Shown: positions 1 through 6,702, numbered from the stretch's first letter. The stretch is DNA of 7,476 bases from Candidatus Heimdallarchaeota archaeon (GCA_030668875.1 DAOVER010000092.1:1-7476), one strand, 5' to 3'. A program made the numbers and translations. Notes: generated by a model not told the origin, from the letters alone.

Positions 1-562
1 CTGGAGGTTCTGTTTCATTGAACAAGATGTGATTTGGATCTCCCTGAATTAGTTGATTGACAACTCTAAGGGGTGCTCTTTTCTTGAAAAGATCTTGGAC
101 AGCTTTGAGAATGCGTTCATGGCAATTTAATGGTATTTCATCCCAGACCATCTTATCTGCAATACCCCAAGGATCCTTTCTATCCTCCAAGAGATGTGGA
201 GGTCTAGGGACATCTTCTATTTCCTTATGAAAGGCTTCAAGAACTCTCCTCTTTTCGGGTAGACCTCCTTTGATAAGATTTCCAGGAAGAAAATAATATG
301 CGCTCCAGCCATCCTCAATATATCTGCCCTCCTTAGATTTTAGGTACTTTTGCACTCTAAATTTCTTAGATTCTATTGAATTAAGTAGATTAGATAACCA
401 ACTAGCCTCCTCCTCGCTTGTATCTGGAACATACTTTAGAACTATATCTCCTGCTTTGAAGCATCTATTTAAACCGCCATTCATTAACTGAAAGTCTTTT
501 TTAGCCCCAAATTTCTTTAAGACTTCCCTTGATGGTTTCAATCCTTCTTTAGGAACAAACAT
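1..562 (-). CDS. Aminoglycoside phosphotransferase/protein-kinase-like fold protein (TIGR02569-like), C-terminus beyond the window edge
   Basis: Not in the ORF track. Manual translation from ATG at 562 (in-frame TAA 8 codons upstream) is open to base 1: MFVPKEGLKPSREVLKKFGAKKDFQLMNGGLNRCFKAGDIVLKYVP...EGRYIEDGWSAYYFLPG...HKEIEDVPRP...DPWGIADKMVWDE...NQLIQGDPNHILFNETEPP. The GG..FKAGDIVLK, GRY..DGW.A, DPW.IAD..W.E and QL.xGD..ILF motifs follow the order I recall for TIGR02569-like APH kinases. Confidence 0.72.
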   Translation of the reverse strand, partial: MFVPKEGLKPSREVLKKFGAKKDFQLMNGGLNRCFKAGDIVLKYVPDTSEEEASWLSNLLNSIESKKFRVQKYLKSKEGRYIEDGWSAYYFLPGNLIKGGLPEKRRVLEAFHKEIEDVPRPPHLLEDRKDPWGIADKMVWDEIPLNCHERILKAVQDLFKKRAPLRVVNQLIQGDPNHILFNETEPP

Positions 563-645
563 GACAAATATGTTTGAAGTTACTTAGTCTAAAAACTTTA
601 TTCCACAGTTTAAGCCAGATTTTAGCTATCATGAGAAAGTGTATT

Positions 646-653
646 AAAAAAAA
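646..653 (-). terminator. Candidate archaeal oligo-T terminator for the yccF-like gene
   Basis: A8 on + (T8 on -) about 22 nt past the TAA of the 675-1058 gene. Confidence 0.4.
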
Positions 654-674
654 GAATTGAGGATGGATAGAGGC

Positions 675-1058
675 TTATTTTTTATCAATTATTGTAGTTC
701 CAAATGGCGCGAAAGCAATTCCAACCATTTTGAAATGTTGTTTTGCAAAAGGAATACCGATTATGGTTATTGCAAAAACAACACCTACTATTATGTGTGA
801 GATTGCAAGAACCAATCCGAAAATGATAACCCAAAGCAAATTGATAAGGAATCTTCCTGCTCCACCTTTATCACGCTTAACTTCTCTCCCAAAAGGCCAA
901 ACGACAAAACCCGCCATTTTAATACATTGAAGACCAAACGGAATTCCGATAATTGTTATACATAGAACAATCCCCACTGATCCCCAAGCTATTGCTGTTT
1001 CAAGACCTCCGAGAATGACCCAGAGAATGTTTCCCAGTAAATTTAGCGTTTTACCCAT
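675..1058 (-). CDS. yccF: YccF-domain inner membrane protein (two YccF repeats)
   Basis: Two internal repeats: LGNILWVILGG...LCITIIGIPFGLQCIKMAGFVVWPFG and LINLLWVIIFG...FAITIIGIPFAKQHFKMVGIAFAPFG. This is the typical YccF (PF03733) signature. SD-like AGGTG lies 5 nt before the ATG. Confidence 0.9.
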   Translation of the reverse strand: MGKTLNLLGNILWVILGGLETAIAWGSVGIVLCITIIGIPFGLQCIKMAGFVVWPFGREVKRDKGGAGRFLINLLWVIIFGLVLAISHIIVGVVFAITIIGIPFAKQHFKMVGIAFAPFGTTIIDKK

Positions 1059-1151
1059 AATTACACCTTATCCAAATAAGTTTTAGCTATCTTAATAATT
1101 AATCCTAAACGATGATTAGTTTTTCTCTTCTTAAATTTATTCTATAATTCC

Positions 1152-1213
1152 GTCTCGGGACAAAAACATTTTTATATTCCTCTGAACAATGTAATATTGT
1201 CTCGGGACAAAAA
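1152..1213. repeat. Two exact 15-bp direct repeats GTCTCGGGACAAAAA (1152-1166, 1199-1213); candidate operator pair
   Basis: Read directly from the sequence, 47 bp apart. The second copy extends to the near-perfect palindrome TTGTCTCGGGACAA (1197-1210; 6 of 7 pairs match). Confidence 0.85.
1161..1176 (+). promoter_or_regulatory. Candidate BRE/TATA promoter for the 1217-2125 gene (and possibly actin)
   Basis: A-rich CAAAAA followed by TTTTTATA (1169-1176), about 40-50 nt upstream of the start codons. SD-like GAGTGA at 1215-1220 precedes ATG 1226. Confidence 0.55.
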
Positions 1214-1216
1214 TGA

Positions 1217-2125
1217 GTGATGAACATGAAAAATGAAAAAAAGAAAAGCCCAGGAAGACCAAGAAAATATGATACTAACGCGGAACGAAAAAAGGCCTAT
1301 CGTGAGCGTAAGAAAGAAGCTCATAGCAATTTGGAAGAAAGGGCAAAAAGAATCACGGAATTAAAAGGAAGAATTGATAATATGGAAAGAAAATTGGTAA
1401 AATCGACTTACACGGATCAGCATGTACCTGAAGAAATATCAGAAATACATGAACAAATAAAAGATCGGTCTAGGAAATATGCTCCTTCAGAGCTAATGGA
1501 TTTAGAAATTCATGAGCTTAAACGTATACAATCTGGTATTCATTCTAGATATCATGGAAGCTATTACAACCCTCTACGTGCAGCTCTTGAAAGTGCCATA
1601 ATGCCATCTGTTGATAAAGAATTTGATTCTAGAAAACAGAGTTTAGGAGAAAAACCCTTCGAAGTTATAGTTAAAGAAAAATTAGCTAAACCGAGTGATG
1701 AAGTTACTCCAAAAGCAGATATGAAAACAGAAGAATATTTGCAGAAAGCTAAGGAAAAAGGTTTAGAGGTTTCTGCAGAGGATTTGTCTGTTAAACCATC
1801 CACGATGGAGAAGAAAAATATAACGAGTCCCAAACACTGGAAACATCTGAAAGATATATTTAGGACTGATCAATTATTCGAGGTTTTTCAAGAATTGATA
1901 CTTCTCTACACAGTAGAAGCAGAAATATCTAGACGAGAAAGAGAGGTTGTTCAAACAAAGGATATCGAGAGATTAGAAAGACGTCAAGAAGAACTTGAGA
2001 AAATCATGAAGGATGATAAACTTAGACATGTTAAGAAATTTGTTAACAAAGCAGAAAAAAAGAGGAAATTGATAAAAAATGAAAAGAAAGAAAATAATGA
2101 CGAAAACAATAATAAAGAAACCTAA
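1217..2125 (+). CDS. Hypothetical highly charged protein: N-terminal basic region plus zipper (bZIP-like, putative DNA-binding) and a C-terminal coiled coil
   Basis: 302-aa ORF; the real start may be ATG 1220 or 1226. N-terminus PGRPRKYDTNAERKKAYRERKK is followed by a heptad repeat (L39/I46/I53/L60). C-terminal helix EAEISRREREVVQTKDIERLERRQEELEKIMK. No recognisable enzyme motif. Confidence 0.8.
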   Translation: MMNMKNEKKKSPGRPRKYDTNAERKKAYRERKKEAHSNLEERAKRITELKGRIDNMERKLVKSTYTDQHVPEEISEIHEQIKDRSRKYAPSELMDLEIHELKRIQSGIHSRYHGSYYNPLRAALESAIMPSVDKEFDSRKQSLGEKPFEVIVKEKLAKPSDEVTPKADMKTEEYLQKAKEKGLEVSAEDLSVKPSTMEKKNITSPKHWKHLKDIFRTDQLFEVFQELILLYTVEAEISRREREVVQTKDIERLERRQEELEKIMKDDKLRHVKKFVNKAEKKRKLIKNEKKENNDENNNKET

Positions 2126-2144
2126 GAAATGTAAGATAGAGACC

Positions 2145-2152
2145 AAAGGAGG
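2145..2152 (+). promoter_or_regulatory. Shine-Dalgarno site for actin
   Basis: AAAGGAGG lies 8 nt before TTG 2161, which supports the TTG start. Confidence 0.75.
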
Positions 2153-2160
2153 CATCTAGT

Positions 2161-3297
2161 TTGTCGGACGAACTCCATACCAAACCTCTGGTCTTAGATA
2201 ACGGTACAGGATTTACTAAAAATGGTTTCGGTGGTGAAGATCAACCAAGAAGTGTTTTCCCAACAATAATTGGTTATCCTAAGAACCCCGTTGTTATGCC
2301 TGATGTAGAGGCCTATTTTAGAGAATTTTACATAGGTGAAGAAGCCATGAATATGAGAGGCATTCTAAAACTTCAGTATCCACTAGAACACGGACAAGTC
2401 AGAGACTGGGGTGCTATGGAAAACATTTGGCATTATACTTTCTATAATGATCTCAGAGTAAATCCAAATGAACATCCAATCATGCTTACTGAACCTCCCT
2501 TGAATGATAACAAGAATAAGGAGAAAATGGCTGAGATGATGTTTGAGACGTTCAACGTTCCTGCGTTGTATATCTCAATGCAAGCGATACTCTCTCTCTA
2601 TGCCTCCGGTCGAACGACAGGAATTGTAATTGATATAGGTGATGGTGTTACTCATATTGTGCCAATCTATGAAGGTTTTGCCATATCCCATGCTATTTAC
2701 CGAGCTGATATTGGTGGTCGTGATATCACCGATTATCTAAAAAGATTACTCCGTCAACGTGGGCACTCTCTTACAACTAGTGCAGAGCTGGAAATTGTTC
2801 GAGATATTAAAGAGCGTCTCTGTTACGTACCATTAGATCCTGAAAAAGATTTACGACTAGCTGAGAAAGTCTCTGGTATGGAAAAAACCTATACTTTACC
2901 TGATGGAGATAATCTGACTATTAGTTCTGAAAGATTTATGGCTCCTGAATTACTTTTCAGTCCAGGAGTAATTGGTTCTGAAGAAGCTCCTCTTGATGAA
3001 CTAATCTACAGAATGGTGCAGAATTGTGATGTAGATCTAAGAAGAGATCTGTTTTCAAACATAGTTCTTTCAGGTGGAACAACAATGTTTCCAGGACTTA
3101 AAGAAAGGTTGAACAAAGAATTAATTGATCTAGTTCCAGAAACAACAGAAGTGAAAATAATTGCTCCTCCTGAACGAAGATATTCTGTGTGGATAGGTGG
3201 AAGTATACTTAGCTCCTTGAAAACATTCAAGAAACTATGGGTAACAAAGAAGGAATACAAAGAAATTGGCCCTTCAGCTGTCTATCGTTGTATCTAA
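2161..3297 (+). CDS. Actin (Asgard archaeal, Lokiactin-type), 378 aa
   Basis: Colinear with eukaryotic actin throughout: DNGTGFTK (phosphate 1), YPLEHG, EHPIMLTEPPLN, FETFNVPALY, QAILSLYASGRTTG, DIGDGVTHIVPIYEG (phosphate 2), YTLPDG, VLSGGTTMFPG (adenosine), IIAPPERRYSVWIGGSIL, EYKEIGPSAVYRCI. The GYPK..VM.DVE.Y D-loop and ...RCI terminus resemble Asgard actins as I recall them. There are no introns and the gene has a prokaryotic SD. Confidence 0.97.
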   Translation: MSDELHTKPLVLDNGTGFTKNGFGGEDQPRSVFPTIIGYPKNPVVMPDVEAYFREFYIGEEAMNMRGILKLQYPLEHGQVRDWGAMENIWHYTFYNDLRVNPNEHPIMLTEPPLNDNKNKEKMAEMMFETFNVPALYISMQAILSLYASGRTTGIVIDIGDGVTHIVPIYEGFAISHAIYRADIGGRDITDYLKRLLRQRGHSLTTSAELEIVRDIKERLCYVPLDPEKDLRLAEKVSGMEKTYTLPDGDNLTISSERFMAPELLFSPGVIGSEEAPLDELIYRMVQNCDVDLRRDLFSNIVLSGGTTMFPGLKERLNKELIDLVPETTEVKIIAPPERRYSVWIGGSILSSLKTFKKLWVTKKEYKEIGPSAVYRCI

Positions 3298-3304
3298 CTC
3301 CTAA

Positions 3305-3326
3305 TTTTCTATTTTTTTCTTTTTTT
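3305..3326 (+). terminator. Candidate oligo-T terminator of the actin transcript
   Basis: TTTTCTA-T7-C-T7 starts 8 nt after the actin stop codon. Confidence 0.6.
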
Positions 3327-4634
3327 CCAAACATAACTTGTTAGTACAATTATTCCTAATAATACAACTCCAGCTGATGTTGAGCTGATAATAATCGTGA
3401 GACTATTTGATGTTCCATCAAAGATGTTCAAAGCTTTTGTCATACTATCTAGAAAACATTCAAAATCTTCCTCTAGAAAGCTATTAATTGCCTCTCGCTG
3501 GTATTTCTCAGATTTTGCTAGAACTCTTTCTGAATTGCTAGAAGATTGATCTCCAATCATTTCTTTATTATACTCCCAGATATTTTTCGTCAGATTAATT
3601 GCTTGGTCAAAATTGTTTTGCGTAGTCGTAGTCTGATAATAATCTATTGAACACCTATCTCCTACAATCCCCCATAGAACAGCAGGGTTTGTTGTTCCCC
3701 AATAAACAACCCATCCGTTATAGTGGCTCAAACCATTTTGAACACTTTGAGAATTTTCCTCACTTGGATTTATACAATAAGTAATTGTTGTTGAGTGAAA
3801 CGGCCAAGGTGTTTCACCACCTGTTGATTCTGACCTTACCTATCCATAAGGATGAAGGTAGAATTCGATAAGATAATGAATTAATGGTCCTATGAAAATG
3901 GATCGAGCAGGAATCCCAAGCGATCTTAGAAGAGCTACTGCTAGATTTGCTTTACCAACACAAACCCCCGACCCTTCTTGTAGAACTGTAAGAGCATCAT
4001 GGGCACTGCTGTAACCAAATATGACACCATTACCCGTGAAGTTAGATATAGTTTCAACAATAGTAACTGCGTTTGTGTCACTTCCAATAAGTTCTACAGC
4101 TTTTGAAGCTATCTCGGGATTATCGCTTTGGACATATTCTGTACTTTCCAGCCAGCCAATCACCTCTTCAGGCAATAGATACTCGGGAGTTATTGAAGCA
4201 TCGGAAGGTAAATCATCAAATTTATTGTACTCAATAAGAACTGGTACATTCCAGTAGATATAAACAACATCTGTGTTCTCTAGATTATTTATTGAAACTT
4301 CTAATAGCGAATTTCCAGAGGAATAATTGGATGATATTCTATAATCCTCTATAATATCTATTGGATTAGAATAAACTGAAAGAATAATTGGTGCTTGATT
4401 TAGATGAGCTATAGGTATGTGCATATAAATCTTAAAAGGACCAGTATCCGGTGATGCTGCTTGTATAGCAAAACACCCTGAAACGTTATACAAATAGACC
4501 TTTTTATCAACCGAAGTTGTTTGTTTGGTGCTGATTTCAGATGATTCTGGTGATAAATTTTGAGTTACAGTTAGTTGAATTCCTATTATCAAAATCACGA
4601 AAACAAATTTCCAAACATTTCTGGAACTACGCAT
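3309..4634 (-). pseudogene. Membrane-anchored/secreted transglutaminase-like (Cys-His) protein, 441 codons, interrupted by one in-frame TAG at 3840-3842
   Basis: ORFs 3840-4634 and 3309-3731 are in the same frame, and the 36 codons between them are open (VRSESTGGETPWPFHS...VQNG). Features: N-terminal signal peptide (RNVWKFVFVILIIGIQL); YVQSDNPEIASKA..L; TL..GSGVCVGKANLAVALLRSLGIPAR (catalytic Cys); IHYLIEFYLHPYG*VRSEST (His, then the G-W-x-x-x-D/E-x-T position); C-terminal TM helix plus KKRKK. It may be a true nonsense allele, a sequencing error or a readthrough gene. Confidence 0.8.
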
Positions 4635-4734
4635 ATCTGCTGTTCTTTTGATGCACTTATATCTATTTTCTATTTCTTTCTAACTTAGAGTAAAAGTTAT
4701 ATTCTTTAACTGTAAACAATCATATAGTGATTCT

Positions 4735-4917
4735 ATGTCAGTTTATAGACCAGATGCGTTTATCTGCAATAACTGTGGACACAGGTTCAATAATGAAGAA
4801 AAAAAGATTTTGAAAGAGCAAATTGATGGAATTTTCACAACAAAAACAGTTTGTCCCAAATGCCTATCTGCAGACATTAAAACAACAATAACAGGGCAAA
4901 GGGATCCTGATGATTAA
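4735..4917 (+). CDS. Small Zn-ribbon protein (CxxC-x25-CxxC), 60 aa
   Basis: FICNNCGHRF ... TVCPKCLSADI; ATG start, tandem TAA TAA stop. Confidence 0.75.
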   Translation: MSVYRPDAFICNNCGHRFNNEEKKILKEQIDGIFTTKTVCPKCLSADIKTTITGQRDPDD

Positions 4918-4987
4918 TAAAAGTGTATTACGAGAGTAATTTCCTTATCTTACCTATTTTATAATTAGAATTAGCTTATTTTTGAAT

Positions 4988-5161
4988 ATGCAACCAGAAA
5001 CTCTTATAGAAGATATGAACAAAATCTTGGGGAAAATGGATAAAGAATTGAAGGGTTTAAATCGCGAATTGGACAAGATTTTGAGAAAATATCCTCGATA
5101 TATAGAAGATGATGAAGCAAAATTAAAGTATGCTTATCGTAAATACAATCACGGAAAATAG
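4988..5161 (+). CDS. Small hypothetical helical protein, 57 aa
   Basis: Below the ORF-track cutoff. Manual translation: MQPETLIEDMNKILGKMDKELKGLNRELDKILRKYPRYIEDDEAKLKYAYRKYNHGK*. It has an amphipathic heptad pattern and fills an otherwise empty 380-bp gap. Confidence 0.6.
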   Translation: MQPETLIEDMNKILGKMDKELKGLNRELDKILRKYPRYIEDDEAKLKYAYRKYNHGK

Positions 5162-5249
5162 CAATCCTAAATTTGTGTTCAGCTGAAAATAATCCAATTG
5201 ATTATTTAAGGACCATAAATACATCAATAATTTGATTCAGAAATTTTGA

Positions 5250-5265
5250 CAAAAGAATTTTATAA
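5250..5265 (+). promoter_or_regulatory. Candidate BRE/TATA promoter for the DUF389 gene
   Basis: CAAAAGAA followed by TTTTATAA (5258-5265), about 30-45 nt upstream of GTG 5296 / ATG 5308. Confidence 0.45.
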
Positions 5266-5295
5266 TACAATTTTAATGTACTATCAATACCTCAC

Positions 5296-6366
5296 GTGGT
5301 TCACACTATGAAGGATGTTAAAATAATAATTCCAGCGGATAAGCTGGATATTGTTAAGGAGTTAGATGAAAAACTTGCAATTGTCTTCAATGTGACAATT
5401 TTCGAGGAAATCGCTACTCTCCATACAGTTGTAGAAAATCAACAAACCTCAATTTTACTTGAAGAATTAAAAGGGTTAGGCGTTGGGACAGTGTTTGGAA
5501 GTATAACAGTAACACCCATTGCTTTAACCATATCCTCTGACAAAAAGGAAGTTTCTGTAAAAGGAAGAGGGATAAGTACAGATGAAATGATTGCAGATAT
5601 CAAAGGTCTTGCCTTACTCAATCCTACTTTCTTAGCTCTAGTATTTTTAGCGGGGATTCTCTCATCCTTTGGTTTGATCTTCAACAATGTTATAATTGTT
5701 ATCGCAAGTATGATAATAGCTCCTCTGCTAGGTCCGATAGCACTAACAGTATTGGGCACTATGACTCCTAAGAATATTTATTCGAAAAAAGCAATATTGG
5801 CCGAATTAGTAGGATTGATGATTATCATCATTATAGGTTTTATCGTTGGTGCGATATATAATTGGACAGAACCGGGATCCATGCTTGTGTATGATGAGAC
5901 ACTTGAGATATTTACGATAGCTAGTGAGCAGATAGATATTAGAATCGATCCTGGTATTGGAGACATCATTTTTGCAATAGCTAGTGGCTTAGCTGCTGGA
6001 CTTTTTATTATCCGAGGTGAAAGTACATCTATCGTAGGAGTAGCAGTCGCTGCATCATTGTGCCCTCCAGCTGCTAATGTGGGTGTTCTCTTAGCAAATG
6101 TTGCCAACCCAGATTTCCAATTCCTTCAAGCTGCACTGGGATCATTGATATTGCTGATTTTGAACGTGATTTCTATCTATGCGTCATGTGCACTCATCTT
6201 CTGGGTCTCACAATCATTTGTAAGAGGAGGATCAGTATCAACAAGACAATTTAGAAAAATCAGTAAAATATACTTTACACAGATTGTACTGACTTTTCTT
6301 ATCCTAATGTTGATCATAGTGTTCATTATACTGGATAATCAATTTGGTTGGCTAAAGTTCAACTAG
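5296..6366 (+). CDS. TIGR00341 / DUF389 family multi-pass membrane protein
   Basis: N-terminal soluble alpha/beta domain (MKDVKIIIP...ILLEELKGLGVG..FGSITV), then IASMIIAPLLGPI, DIIFAIASGLAAG, IVGVAVAASLCPPAANVG and L..LNVISI, which are typical DUF389 motifs. The start may be ATG 5308. It ends TAG-TGA-TAG. Confidence 0.9.
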   Translation: MVHTMKDVKIIIPADKLDIVKELDEKLAIVFNVTIFEEIATLHTVVENQQTSILLEELKGLGVGTVFGSITVTPIALTISSDKKEVSVKGRGISTDEMIADIKGLALLNPTFLALVFLAGILSSFGLIFNNVIIVIASMIIAPLLGPIALTVLGTMTPKNIYSKKAILAELVGLMIIIIIGFIVGAIYNWTEPGSMLVYDETLEIFTIASEQIDIRIDPGIGDIIFAIASGLAAGLFIIRGESTSIVGVAVAASLCPPAANVGVLLANVANPDFQFLQAALGSLILLILNVISIYASCALIFWVSQSFVRGGSVSTRQFRKISKIYFTQIVLTFLILMLIIVFIILDNQFGWLKFN

Positions 6367-6371
6367 TGATA

Positions 6372-6397
6372 GTCTGATTTTTATGTCAGACGCTTTT
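6372..6397. terminator. Possible hairpin terminator between convergent genes
   Basis: GTCTGA (6372-6377) and TCAGAC (6386-6391) form a 6-bp stem with a T-rich loop, followed by GCTTTT, in the 29-bp gap between two stop codons. Confidence 0.3.
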
Positions 6398-6572
6398 ACC
6401 TAAAATGTTCAATCATTGATTTCATTATCATACTCACAGCAAACTGAGCTTCTTCAGAAAGGTCGTTAAATCCTTTTCCACACTTTGGACAAGCTTCATA
6501 CCCTTCTGGTTCACTTTTAGTAAATTTTTCACCACAAGCAAAACAATAGATTGTATTTGGTAGTTTACTCAT
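6396..6572 (-). CDS. Small Zn-ribbon protein (CxxC-x14-CxxC) with a C-terminal helix, 58 aa
   Basis: Below the ORF-track cutoff. Manual translation: MSKLPNTIYCFACGEKFTKSEPEGYEACPKCGKGFNDLSEEAQFAVSMIMKSMIEHFR*. Confidence 0.75.
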   Translation of the reverse strand: MSKLPNTIYCFACGEKFTKSEPEGYEACPKCGKGFNDLSEEAQFAVSMIMKSMIEHFR

Positions 6573-6693
6573 TTTATTCAGTTATACACTATTTTTTATC
6601 CAAATAAACTTTATTGCACAATTTATACTCAAATTTAATACAAGGAAAATATATATACAATTTCTACATACTAGCTGATTAGAACAAATATTT

Positions 6694-6698
6694 GGTGA
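6694..6698 (+). promoter_or_regulatory. Archaeal-type Shine-Dalgarno GGTGA
   Basis: GGTGA lies 4 nt before ATG 6703. A TATATATA box at 6650-6657 is preceded by AAGGAAAA. Confidence 0.6.
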
Positions 6699-6702
6699 AA
6701 AA

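Noticed and set aside
730-930. ORF-track ORFs 730-930(+), 1564-1833(-), 1973-2155(-), 3006-3260(-), 4021-4257(+) and 5439-5759(-), 5778-6107(-)
   Set aside because: All are antisense shadows lying inside or largely overlapping well-supported genes, with no recognisable motifs.
620-1091. 11-bp direct repeat TTTTAGCTATC (620-630, 1081-1091) flanking yccF, which looks like a target-site duplication
   Set aside because: It is AT-rich, and several 11-mer matches are expected by chance in 7.5 kb of this composition. There is no transposase or terminal repeat.
1715-1790. MKTEEYLQKAKEKGLEVSAEDL resembles the Nif11-type leader motif (EEVVAIAKEAGF.FTAEDL); ELMDLEIHELKRI further upstream weakly resembles a SAP/HEH helix
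   Set aside because: These are short generic amphipathic helix matches in the middle of the protein, with no supporting context. A profile search would be needed.
2161-2172. TTGTCGGACGAA at the actin start resembles the operator half-sites
   Set aside because: The spacer is 1 bp rather than 4 and the right arm is imperfect. The sequence is constrained by coding (MSDE).
2161-3297. Eukaryotic origin or contamination for the actin
   Set aside because: The gene is intronless with an SD and TTG start, sits among densely packed prokaryotic genes (YccF, DUF389, NosD-like), and has Asgard-type D-loop and C-terminus.
3309-4634. Idea that the neighbouring transglutaminase cross-links actin
   Set aside because: The signal peptide and C-terminal anchor put the catalytic domain outside the cell. 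The gene is convergent rather than co-transcribed, and it is interrupted.
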